Below, piece by piece: positions 28,108 to 36,362 of a stretch of 64,000 bases of DNA. The first letter of the stretch is position 1. Every line of letters begins with the position of its first letter. Source of the stretch: a virus (taxonomy: Duplodnaviria > Heunggongvirae > Uroviricota > Caudoviricetes). Below the pieces are notes generated by a model. The model made no database searches. It was given only the letters and a program-made list of their open reading frames with translations, and was not told the DNA's origin. The translations under genes were made by a program, and so were the position numbers. The stretch covers positions 1 to 64,000 of IMG/VR virus record IMGVR_UViG_3300017700_000784. The stretch is one strand, 5' to 3'.

Positions 28108-28551
28108 CTACAGCATCTCTGTAGTAGCATTGAAAGCCTCAATTTCAGATTGAATAATTTCTATTCTTTCTTCAAGGTCATCAACATTATCATCTCTTTG
28201 TTTCTCAGTAAGCCATGCAGTATATTCTACATCTACGCTTGCTACACCATATCCTCCACCTTTTTCAACCAAACCTTTATTACAGTTTGTACTTTTAAGT
28301 TTACTAACTATATTTTTAAGCTCAGCAAGCTCATAAATTTTACCTAGAATAGGACCATTAGTAATTTGGATTTGTGCTTTAAGAGTAATTAATTTCTTAA
28401 TGGTTTCTCTCCATAAGTCATAATTCTCTTTAGCATCATATGTAGGAGTTTTACTCACTTCATGTGAATTTGCTGCAGTAAATCTTTTAAAATACTTATC
28501 AGCAGCAGCTATAAGTTTCTTTTTTTGTTTTAAAGCTTGTGTTAACTTCAT
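28108..28551 (-). CDS. hypothetical protein
   Basis: 147-aa ORF. Confidence 0.5.
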   Translation of the reverse strand: MKLTQALKQKKKLIAAADKYFKRFTAANSHEVSKTPTYDAKENYDLWRETIKKLITLKAQIQITNGPILGKIYELAELKNIVSKLKSTNCNKGLVEKGGGYGVASVDVEYTAWLTEKQRDDNVDDLEERIEIIQSEIEAFNATTEML

Positions 28552-28671
28552 GATATTTAAAGTTTAAATTTGTTAGAGTTAGTTGTTTTGATAACAAAGT
28601 GTAGTGGCCACGAGCGGTCAGACTAGGGAAGAAATAGCCATAAGCAGCCTACTACACTTTACATGTTATCT

Positions 28672-29088
28672 TTATTTTGTTACAGCTATCATTTTAGCTA
28701 TGAATTTCTTTCTTTGAAGTGTACTTTCTTCATCTGCTCCTGAGACATAATTCCACCAGTAAGATGAAGTTAGAGTTTTATCATATAAATCATGATTATA
28801 AAACTCAGAATGCCTGTGTTTACAAGGTCTTTGAGATATAAAATCACGAATAAGTTTAGTATTTTCTCTATCACTTATAAAATTATTAGTATGTAATAAT
28901 GATATTTGAAGACATAAACCATCTATATAAGGTTTATCCTTAATATGATGATAAAGTAACTTATACAGTTCATTAATACTTCTATCAGAATACTCAAGAG
29001 TGTTTCTAAATAAACTTCTCCAGATTAAGTAGCAAAAGAAAAAAGCTACAAATGTATAAATAAGTAATAAAATTGGATCTTTTGTCAT
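28672..29088 (-). CDS. hypothetical protein, member of a 3-gene paralogue family
   Basis: Shares 'KPYIDGLCLQIS' with 'KPFKGGLCHFIS' and 'TAGLCYFVRQ' in the next two genes. Confidence 0.5.
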   Translation of the reverse strand: MTKDPILLLIYTFVAFFFCYLIWRSLFRNTLEYSDRSINELYKLLYHHIKDKPYIDGLCLQISLLHTNNFISDRENTKLIRDFISQRPCKHRHSEFYNHDLYDKTLTSSYWWNYVSGADEESTLQRKKFIAKMIAVTK

Positions 29089-29486
29089 GGTGAGTTTGTT
29101 TTATAATCTATAACAATAGTAGTTTACTATTTATCCTGACTTCGCAGTCTACTTGTTATACAGTTTATTACTATTTAGTGTGATTCTGCACTCTGTAATA
29201 TGTTATAGATAAGAGTTAGTTAATAACAGCCCTACCCTCTGTAAGCAAACAGAGAGTAGTTGTACAGCTGTTAAAGTTAGTGCCAGGTAATAATACACAC
29301 CTCAGACATCATCAACCTTCAAAACATCATTAACCTACAAGAGATGATGCATATAGAGGTGTGGTATATAAGATTCATAATCTTCCCGACACATAGGGAA
29401 CAATAAGCTACCTCAGGGCATCGTAGGGAAAGGGAATTCAACAAAAACCTTAATCACGGTGCCTCTGAGTTATGCAGCCTATTGTG

Positions 29487-29870
29487 TTATTCTACACCAG
29501 TTCTACTGGTTGTTGTGGTATTTTTTGCTCTTTCTTTTATAATAAAGGGTTTTTTCTTATTAAGTCTTATCAAATACCTTAGATAAACTTTACGCGGGGA
29601 TTTCTTACTTACTCTCCACCAGTGAATATCAGGTGTATAATAAATAATATGATAAAGATTCCAGATAGTAAATCTATTAGGTATATTAAAAAATATAATA
29701 GACTTAAATCTTTCAAACTCTTCAACAGTAACAAGCTCTTTGTGCCACAAATTACTTATAAAATGACACAATCCTCCTTTAAAAGGTTTTTCATCCTTAA
29801 GTTGCTTAAGAACAAATACTAGTAGTTCATGATTAGTTTTAGACATAATATTGTTCTTTAGAATTATCAT
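29487..29870 (-). CDS. hypothetical protein, paralogue family
   Basis: 'LVFVLKQLKDEKPFKGGLCHFISN' and 'RKVYLRYLIRL' align with the 29839..30207 gene. Confidence 0.5.
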   Translation of the reverse strand: MIILKNNIMSKTNHELLVFVLKQLKDEKPFKGGLCHFISNLWHKELVTVEEFERFKSIIFFNIPNRFTIWNLYHIIYYTPDIHWWRVSKKSPRKVYLRYLIRLNKKKPFIIKERAKNTTTTSRTGVE

Positions 29871-30207
29871 ACTTCTTATACACTCTTATGAGATGTCTTA
29901 AATAAGCTTTTCTTGGCCATATATAACTCTGTGTATAATAATACTGAGGATCAAGAATATAAGCATGTAAATAATGAATTATACAGAATATGTTAAATAC
30001 TGTAAAAACATTAGGTTTATTTTTCTCAATAATCTGGTCTAGTCTTGCAAATTCTTCATCTATCAGCTCTTTTTCTACCCGGACTTGTCTTACAAAATAA
30101 CATAAGCCAGCAGTAAGATTGGTAGTCTTATCTAGTTTTTCAAGTACTAGTTTAAGTAGTTGTACATCTGTTCTCATAACTACTAGTGTAAAAGATAAAA
30201 TAACCAA
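29839..30207 (-). CDS. hypothetical protein, paralogue family
   Basis: 'LKLVLEKLDKTTNLTAGLCYFVRQ' and 'RKAYLRHLIRV'. Confidence 0.5.
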   Translation of the reverse strand: MVILSFTLVVMRTDVQLLKLVLEKLDKTTNLTAGLCYFVRQVRVEKELIDEEFARLDQIIEKNKPNVFTVFNIFCIIHYLHAYILDPQYYYTQSYIWPRKAYLRHLIRVYKKYDNSKEQYYV

Positions 30208-30365
30208 GACCAGAATAAAGCTACAAGAAATAGTAATATTTCTGATGTTGAGTCGTCAATAGGAACTTGTTTAACTCTTGTGTAGTTAATCTCACAGTTA
30301 AAAAATCTTATGAGATATACAAAAGTAAATATTAAAGCAAAAAAAAGTATTATTGTTGGATACAT
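30183..30365 (-). CDS. small membrane protein
   Basis: 60-aa hydrophobic ORF. Confidence 0.3.
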   Translation of the reverse strand: MYPTIILFFALIFTFVYLIRFFNCEINYTRVKQVPIDDSTSEILLFLVALFWSWLFYLLH

Positions 30366-30386
30366 AATTGTAAGGTATTAGATGAA

Positions 30387-30884
30387 TTATTTTTGTTTAC
30401 TAACTGCAAGTTTATAATCAATTAGATCAAATACATCAATGTGATGCTTATACATACATGTAAGAGCTTCTGGACTTATTTTATCCATCCAGTTCTCTTC
30501 TTTGTATCTTGCCATGATTATTTCTCCACCAGTCATAATATCTGTGATCTCATCAATGTTTATAAACTCTTTCAAAGGAACTAAATGAGGCACTACATCA
30601 TAAACATAGGCTCTTATATCTCTACCTAATCTATCTTTCATCTCTGCAACAAAAGTACCTCTTGTTTGTGGAGTTATACTAATAACATTTAATATATTTC
30701 CTCCTGCACTATTCTTTTTTTCTGCTCGAAGACCAAAATTTATATAGTTTTCAAGATGTGTTTCAGTTATTTGATCAGGAGTTTTTTTTACTGGAACAAC
30801 TTGTGCTTTACTTGAATTATCACTTGTAGGACTCGCAGAAGAAGAATGCCAAGGAGTCCAAGGAGTTTTTTTTATTGTTGACAT
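30387..30884 (-). CDS. hypothetical protein
   Basis: 165-aa ORF with a degenerate paralogue immediately upstream. Confidence 0.5.
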   Translation of the reverse strand: MSTIKKTPWTPWHSSSASPTSDNSSKAQVVPVKKTPDQITETHLENYINFGLRAEKKNSAGGNILNVISITPQTRGTFVAEMKDRLGRDIRAYVYDVVPHLVPLKEFINIDEITDIMTGGEIIMARYKEENWMDKISPEALTCMYKHHIDVFDLIDYKLAVSKQK

Positions 30885-30908
30885 AATATTGAATTTTTTA
30901 AGATTGTT

Positions 30909-31185
30909 TTAATCAGTTTTTAGTATAGCTATACCTTTAGGAATAAGGTTATACACATCTAAATGATGCTTATACATCAGTTCAAGAGCATCCTGGTTAA
31001 TTGTTGTTGGATCCCAGTCTTGATTGTATCTTACTGTAATAATATCAGCCCCAGACATAACCTCTGTTATCAAAAGCTACTTTATCAGCAATAGCTTTAT
31101 CAAGATGTGTTGATACATACTCGTTAGAGAATCCTCTATAAATATCTCCATTACCTTCAATCCATACTTCATAGGTTGTTATCAT
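30909..31185 (-). pseudogene. frameshifted paralogue of the 30387..30884 gene
   Basis: Frame 1 reads MITTYEVWIEGNGDIYRGFSNEYVSTHLDKAIADKVAFDNRGYVWG* and stops at TGA (31045-31047). Frame +1 continues ADIITVRYNQDWDPTTINQDALELMYKHHLDVYNLIPKGIAILKTD*. This aligns with '...GGEIIMARYKEENWMDKISPEALTCMYKHHIDVFDLIDYKLAVSKQK' of the intact copy. Confidence 0.5.
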
Positions 31186-31536
31186 AGCTTACAGTTTAGT
31201 AGTTATTATTGATGTTTTGCTTACACTTGACAAGCATATGCTATATAGTGCGTGGTTTTTTGGTGGTATTTGGAGAGTTTAGAGAGAGTTAGTTTTGTGT
31301 GTGAGGTGTTATCACCACTAACTTTCTTACACTTTTAACTATTGATTTAACCAAAAAACTATCTCTTCATGGTTGACTAGTGTATTACTTTATTGAAGTA
31401 TTCATAATTACCCCTCGAGTGGAGACAAATATGTTTGAATTATTCTTAATAAAACATTAGTTTCTTTGAGAATAAAACAAAAAACTATTAATACACACTA
31501 CTCCATGAATACCCACTACAGCCAAACACAACCCAA

Positions 31537-31556
31537 AGGGTTGTGAATGGTGTAAT
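31537..31556 (-). terminator. putative terminator hairpin
   Basis: CACAACCC-aaa-GGGTTGTG stem, immediately 3' of the gene ending at 31574. Confidence 0.35.
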
Positions 31557-31573
31557 AAGTAACTAGAGACTAA

Positions 31574-32527
31574 CTATTGTTTGTCTTCTTCTGCCTCTCC
31601 GCCTGCTAAGTTAGCTGTAGCATTAGTTGTGTCTGCCTCTTCCTCTTCTTCTACAAGAGAGTTGTTGATACGAGCCACACGTTGAGACTGAAGATATTCT
31701 TTAGTTTCCTTGTTGTCTTTATCATGCTCAATGAAGATATCAGCATATTTATCTGCCTCTTCAACATTGTCGCAAAATAGTTGACAAGTAAGGATATACT
31801 CTCCTGCTTTAGTCTTAAGGCAAGGAGCATTTCTGTTTGGTCTTTTCAACTTACCATTTATCTCTTTGCTACCAAACAGAACATCACTAATAGCACTTGC
31901 TATGCTAGCTTGTGTTGCGTTGTCAAGAGTCAAGATTAAACTTGGGTTAAACAAACCTGTTTTGCTATCCATAAGCTTAAGCAAGAGCTTGTCATTAACA
32001 AGTCTTACTGCTCTTCTGATAACTATCTCGAAGTTGTATCTGAATACTTCGCTTTGCTGATAGCGAGCTAAAGTTTCCATACAAGCTTTAAGGAACTTGT
32101 CATGTCCATTGCGAACATACTTATTGATGCTCAAGGCAAACTCTTGCACAATGATTTTACAACCTTTGATTTGAATTCTCACATCATTATCAATGAGGTC
32201 ATCAAACCACTCTTGTGGGTTGCCAACAGGTGTGCCTACCGCGTCTGTGTCTAACAACTCTGTGATGTAATCATACACTTCAGATTTGTCAAGAGTTGGT
32301 AAGTCAACAGCTACACGTCTAGTCTTAGTAACAGGACGCTTGGTGATGGCATTCATCTTGCGCTCTTTATGTACTAAGAATATTCTTGTAACACCCTCTT
32401 CAACTTGTCTGTTTAAAGTTGTGTCGAAGAAACTGTTGTTAACATAAGATTGACACAAAACTCTCTCTTGTGTATCTCTGTTGAGTTGCGGAGCAATAAA
32501 TACTTTTTGTTGCACTGAATTTTTCAT
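31574..32527 (-). CDS. hypothetical protein, compositionally atypical (higher GC), acidic C-terminus
   Basis: 317-aa ORF, visibly GC-richer than its neighbours (e.g. 'ctgcctctccgcctgctaag...'). Ends 'EEEEEADTTNATANLAGGEAEEDKQ'. Confidence 0.55.
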   Translation of the reverse strand: MKNSVQQKVFIAPQLNRDTQERVLCQSYVNNSFFDTTLNRQVEEGVTRIFLVHKERKMNAITKRPVTKTRRVAVDLPTLDKSEVYDYITELLDTDAVGTPVGNPQEWFDDLIDNDVRIQIKGCKIIVQEFALSINKYVRNGHDKFLKACMETLARYQQSEVFRYNFEIVIRRAVRLVNDKLLLKLMDSKTGLFNPSLILTLDNATQASIASAISDVLFGSKEINGKLKRPNRNAPCLKTKAGEYILTCQLFCDNVEEADKYADIFIEHDKDNKETKEYLQSQRVARINNSLVEEEEEADTTNATANLAGGEAEEDKQ

Positions 32528-32564
32528 AATATAAGGATTAAAGTTAAAAATATATCTAAATCAA

Positions 32565-32614
32565 GGGGGGTAGGGAAGGTTGACTTTGGGTGGTGGGGAG
32601 TTGTTATGGGGGGA
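32565..32614 (+). other. G-run cluster (potential G-quadruplex)
   Basis: 'GGGGGGtaGGGaaGGttgactttGGGtGGtGGGGagttgttatGGGGGGag' in an otherwise AT-rich genome. Confidence 0.4.
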
Positions 32615-32767
32615 GTACTTATATTCACTCACTTATAGATTACTGTATCCCTCAGCTAGAAATATTTATAAAATTTTTTGACTTTACTCCAAAAGAAAAC
32701 CCCACTATCCCTAGTGAGGTTTATATAGAAAGGTTACTAGCTCTCTGCAGACCAGCTTTCTTCTTTC

Positions 32768-32977
32768 TTAGTTATCTGTTACCATGAGTATGTTTCTTTC
32801 TACTGTTATTTCGCATTCATAGAACCACCCGGCTTCTCCATCTGCTGTAAGCTTTATGAGGATTCCTCCATCAGCTGTTCCCATCACTCCTATTACTTGT
32901 CTTGGATCCTGGTGTGTATCAGTTTTTACATATACTATCTGTCCATAACTTAAAGGGCATTTTACTACTATAGCCAT
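32768..32977 (-). CDS. hypothetical protein
   Basis: 69-aa ORF. Confidence 0.4.
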   Translation of the reverse strand: MAIVVKCPLSYGQIVYVKTDTHQDPRQVIGVMGTADGGILIKLTADGEAGWFYECEITVERNILMVTDN

Positions 32978-33321
32978 TATTCTTCTGTTGTTTGTGGTTT
33001 ATCTATTGCATCTTTCATGTGGGCCACTATCTGGGCACCAAATACTTCTATTTCTTCTACTGGTTTATTACTTGTCATAAGTTTTTCCATGATGACATTA
33101 TATTCATACACTGTTATTAAACCTGTAGATCTGTATTTCTCCACTCCATCTTTTAGAAATACTAAAGTTGGTATTCTTCTTACATTGTGTCTAACTGCTA
33201 TCTCATGTTCTACATCTATGTTAATCTCCTGGATTCCTTCTTTTCCTTCAAGTACTTTACTAAGAGTTCTGCAGGGTCCACACCAGTCTGCATAAAACTT
33301 TAAAACTTCAATTTTACTCAT
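32977..33321 (-). CDS. trxA: thioredoxin
   Basis: 'FYADWCGPCRTL' carries the canonical WCGPC active site. 114 aa. Confidence 0.9.
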   Translation of the reverse strand: MSKIEVLKFYADWCGPCRTLSKVLEGKEGIQEINIDVEHEIAVRHNVRRIPTLVFLKDGVEKYRSTGLITVYEYNVIMEKLMTSNKPVEEIEVFGAQIVAHMKDAIDKPQTTEE

Positions 33322-33425
33322 GTCTATTATATTTAATAATTATACACTACAAATATATATAATAAATTTGTAAAAGTTAAACTTTATTTTATATATTTGT
33401 ACTGTAAACTTTAAACACTTAAATT
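33322..33425. promoter_or_regulatory. divergent promoter / strand-switch region with Bacteroidetes-type -7 boxes
   Basis: Plus strand: TTTG (33366-33369), 21 nt, then TATATTTG (33391-33398), 27 nt before the ATG at 33426. Minus strand: TATATTTG (complement of 33350-33357), 28 nt before the ATG at 33321. Confidence 0.45.
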
Positions 33426-33647
33426 ATGTCACACAAGATTAGAACAAAGTTTAATGTAGCTTCTATTACTACTTATGGTAATGGTGGAGGCAGACAGATA
33501 ACTATGCAGCCAGTCATCACTGGTTCAGAGGAAAACAAATCTTTCTCAACCTATACTCCTGCTGGAGAGATTAAACTTACAGTTACAAATGACGAAGCTG
33601 TATTTGAAATGGGAGAATATTATATTGATTTTATTAAAGCTGATTAA
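33426..33647 (+). CDS. hypothetical protein
   Basis: 73-aa ORF, the first gene of the rightward arm. Confidence 0.45.
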   Translation: MSHKIRTKFNVASITTYGNGGGRQITMQPVITGSEENKSFSTYTPAGEIKLTVTNDEAVFEMGEYYIDFIKAD

Positions 33648-33649
33648 TT

Positions 33650-33994
33650 ATGGACACAGAAAACAAAACCAAAGTACAAGAACCTACTAAAGAGCAGGTT
33701 ATTAAGTTCTACGCAGAACAAATTGAAGTAGCTAAACTAAGAAAAGAGTTAGCAGAACTATTAGCAGGCACAGCAGAAGCTGATGCACGAAGAACAGAAG
33801 CTAATGCAAAAGTAGCTTATTTTACTAATCCTCCAGCAGCAGCACAGGATGGCCCTGCTAAAAGACCACAAGAGAATTCTGTAGATCATATAGTAACTCA
33901 GGAAGATTTAGATAATAATCCGGACTTATCAGCTAATGGAATTAAAGTAGGAGATACTGTAGCAGTAATGGAACCTACACTGAAACCTGTATAA
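33650..33994 (+). CDS. hypothetical protein
   Basis: 114-aa ORF. Confidence 0.45.
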   Translation: MDTENKTKVQEPTKEQVIKFYAEQIEVAKLRKELAELLAGTAEADARRTEANAKVAYFTNPPAAAQDGPAKRPQENSVDHIVTQEDLDNNPDLSANGIKVGDTVAVMEPTLKPV

Positions 33995-33997
33995 ACC

Positions 33998-34246
33998 ATG
34001 TTTAATAGAGTAAAACCAACTAGCTTTACTTCCTTACAGGAAGAGAAGCAAAAGATTTTAGGAGTCTTTACCTTAATGCAAAAAGAGTTAGAGAAACTTC
34101 ATGGTAAACAAGCTGATTATAAAAATGAGCTTAAGATGCAGATTGCTGATTTGCAGATAGAACTTGGTAATTTAGATGATAGTCTTAAGAGCACTAACAA
34201 GACTATTGATAATATTGATAATATAGTAAACAACAAAAAATCATGA
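33998..34246 (+). CDS. coiled-coil hypothetical protein
   Basis: 82-aa ORF. Confidence 0.45.
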   Translation: MFNRVKPTSFTSLQEEKQKILGVFTLMQKELEKLHGKQADYKNELKMQIADLQIELGNLDDSLKSTNKTIDNIDNIVNNKKS

Positions 34247-34536
34247 AATTACAAGGAAGAAAAATCCTAATTAACAGGCCAGCAATGGAAGAGTCTAAAT
34301 CATCTCTTATGATAGGTGAGGAAACTAAGAAAGCCATGGAAGCTGAAGAGATTAAGAAAGCCACTGAGAAGTGGAGTAAGCTTGAAGTATATGCCACAGC
34401 AGAAGAAGTACAAAAGTGTAAGCCAGGGGATAGAGTTTATCTTTCTTCTTACCTTCTCCAGAACCCAGAGCTTGTCCCCATTGGGGAGGACTTTAAGATT
34501 ATGGTAAATGAATCAGACATAGATATAGTTTGGTAA
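34243..34536 (+). CDS. GroES-like co-chaperonin (cpn10/gp31-like)
   Basis: 97 aa. 'GRKILINRPAMEE' resembles GroES 'HDRVIVKRKEVE'. The C-terminus 'EDFKIMVNESDIDIVW' resembles GroES 'EEVLIMSESDILAIVEA'. Confidence 0.55.
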   Translation: MKLQGRKILINRPAMEESKSSLMIGEETKKAMEAEEIKKATEKWSKLEVYATAEEVQKCKPGDRVYLSSYLLQNPELVPIGEDFKIMVNESDIDIVW

Positions 34537-35201
34537 ACCAAAAACCCTCAGAAATGAAAGAAGCCAACAGACCAAGAAAGAGTGATATTAAATACAAAGT
34601 CTCCTTAAATGAAGAGCAAAAATTAGCTAAGCAGTTAATTATAGATAATCAGATAGTTGTTATAACAGGTAGAGCTGGTTGTGGAAAGTCCTTAGTTGCT
34701 GTTATTGCAGCACTTGACTTTCTAAATAAGAAAGAGTGTAACAAAATCCTGGTGACAAGATCTGCTATTGAAGTAGGTAAGTCACTAGGGTTCTTACCAG
34801 GAAGTTTAGATGATAAGTTTAATCCTTATATAGAAGCTTTGGTTGAAAACATGTATAAATGTATGGACCAGGAGAAGATAGATGAATTTGTAAAGACTCG
34901 TAGAGTAGATGCTTTACCTATCCAGTTTATCAGAGGTAAGACTATAGAGGATGTACTTATTGTTGAAGAAGCCCAAAACCTTACTAAGCAGGAGATGTTG
35001 GCTATTCTTACAAGACTTGGAAAGACAGGAAAGATTATAATTAATGGTGATAATGAGCAACAGGATACTAATGAAGGTTTAACAGGTTTGTCTTATGTTA
35101 TTAATCTTGCAAAAACTTTAGATGGTATAGAGTGGATTAAGCTTAAAGAAAATCATAGAAGTGATTTGGTTGGTAAGATATTAGATCTTGAGTATAACTA
35201 A
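34530..35201 (+). CDS. phoH: PhoH-like ATPase
   Basis: 'VVITGRAGCGKSLVAV' (Walker A), 'GFLPGSLDDKFNPYIEAL', 'IQFIRGKTIEDVLIVEEAQNLT' and 'LTRLGKTGKIIINGDNEQQD'. Confidence 0.9.
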   Translation: MVNQKPSEMKEANRPRKSDIKYKVSLNEEQKLAKQLIIDNQIVVITGRAGCGKSLVAVIAALDFLNKKECNKILVTRSAIEVGKSLGFLPGSLDDKFNPYIEALVENMYKCMDQEKIDEFVKTRRVDALPIQFIRGKTIEDVLIVEEAQNLTKQEMLAILTRLGKTGKIIINGDNEQQDTNEGLTGLSYVINLAKTLDGIEWIKLKENHRSDLVGKILDLEYN

Positions 35202-35210
35202 ATGGTACAA

Positions 35211-35281
35211 CGCTGGGTGGTGTAAAGGTAACACGTAGGGTTCATGTCCCTAAGCTTTGGGTTCGACTCCCAACCCCGCTA
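35211..35281 (+). tRNA. tRNA-Met (CAU), initiator-like
   Basis: CGCTGGG-TG-GTGT-AAAGGTA-ACAC-G-TAGGG-TTCATGT-CCCTA-AGCT-TTGGG-TTCGACT-CCCAA-CCCCGCT-A. Anticodon loop gives CAT. The anticodon stem has three consecutive G-C pairs, and there is a 1:72 mismatch (C1/T72). The acceptor ends CGC.GGG/CCCCGC, as in bacterial tRNA-fMet. Confidence 0.8.
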
Positions 35282-35300
35282 CAAAGACTAAAGAAAAGAA

Positions 35301-35696
35301 ATGGAAGTTAAGAAAGTAAATAGAAAACTTAGAATGAGTATTGTTGATATAATCAGGTATCAAATTCTTACAGAAGTAATGTTCTTTAAGAAAGAGTACC
35401 TGATTCAATCAGATTTAGAGATACTTACTTTATTGGTTATGTGGGGTCCTATGGAATTAGGTCCCTTCTGTTCTGATGCAGCAAAGATATTGTATCCTGA
35501 ATCAAAGCCTCAGGATTTATCAACAAGAGCACAGAATGTAAGAAACAGAATAGTGAAACTGGAAAAAAGAAATATAATCAGTAAAACCTCAACAGGTAGA
35601 AAGACTATAGTACTTAATCCTGATATTGAGATATATTCTAAAGGTAACATATTGTTGGATTTTAATTATTTAGGAATTGAATCCACTCAAACGTAA
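35301..35696 (+). CDS. hypothetical protein
   Basis: 131-aa ORF. Confidence 0.45.
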   Translation: MEVKKVNRKLRMSIVDIIRYQILTEVMFFKKEYLIQSDLEILTLLVMWGPMELGPFCSDAAKILYPESKPQDLSTRAQNVRNRIVKLEKRNIISKTSTGRKTIVLNPDIEIYSKGNILLDFNYLGIESTQT

Positions 35697-36099
35697 ATCT
35701 CTGGTAGAGAAAACTGCACAAGACTTGAACTTGCCAACTGAGGCTGTTGATGATCTTGTGTTGTTCTTTTATCAGGAACTGCAAAAGAAGATGTCACAGT
35801 GTTTTTTCCATTCACTGTGGGTTCCCAATCTGGGAACTTTTGTAATTAAGAAGAAGTCACTATCTGATATGATTGACAAGCATACTAATTTTATAGCGAG
35901 ACTTGAAAGAGATGAGGCTATATCAGTAAGGATGTATGAGGCTATACTCACATCAAAGAAGCAAATAGATATTCTTACTGATATGAAGAATATAATGACA
36001 GTAGAAGAAGATAAAAAAAATAACATAAGACAAAAAAGAAAAGAATATATCAATGGCAAACTTAATCAAGATTTGGAAGGAGAGAGGGAGGATTCTTGA
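35677..36099 (+). CDS. hypothetical protein
   Basis: 140-aa ORF. Confidence 0.45.
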   Translation: MNPLKRKSLVEKTAQDLNLPTEAVDDLVLFFYQELQKKMSQCFFHSLWVPNLGTFVIKKKSLSDMIDKHTNFIARLERDEAISVRMYEAILTSKKQIDILTDMKNIMTVEEDKKNNIRQKRKEYINGKLNQDLEGEREDS

Positions 36100-36361
36100 A
36101 GGTATCAAGAATAATATCTTTAGAAAGCAGCATGTTGAAATCATTGCTGCAACAAGACAAACTATCTGTGACTCATGTGAGTTTTTAGATACTGAAGGCA
36201 CTAAATGTGCTATGGCAGGTACTCAACCCTGTTGTGCAGAATGTGGATGTAGCCTTGCTTTTAAGACAAGAAGTTTATCATCAGCATGCCCTAAGAACTT
36301 CTGGAAAGCAGAACTTACTCCAGAAGAAGAAGCAGAATTAAATAAAAAAATAAGAAAATAA
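36053..36361 (+). CDS. Cys-rich hypothetical protein
   Basis: 'CDSCEFLDTEGTKCAMAGTQPCCAECGCSLAF...SSACP'. Confidence 0.4.
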   Translation: MANLIKIWKERGRILEGIKNNIFRKQHVEIIAATRQTICDSCEFLDTEGTKCAMAGTQPCCAECGCSLAFKTRSLSSACPKNFWKAELTPEEEAELNKKIRK

Positions 36362-36362
36362 G

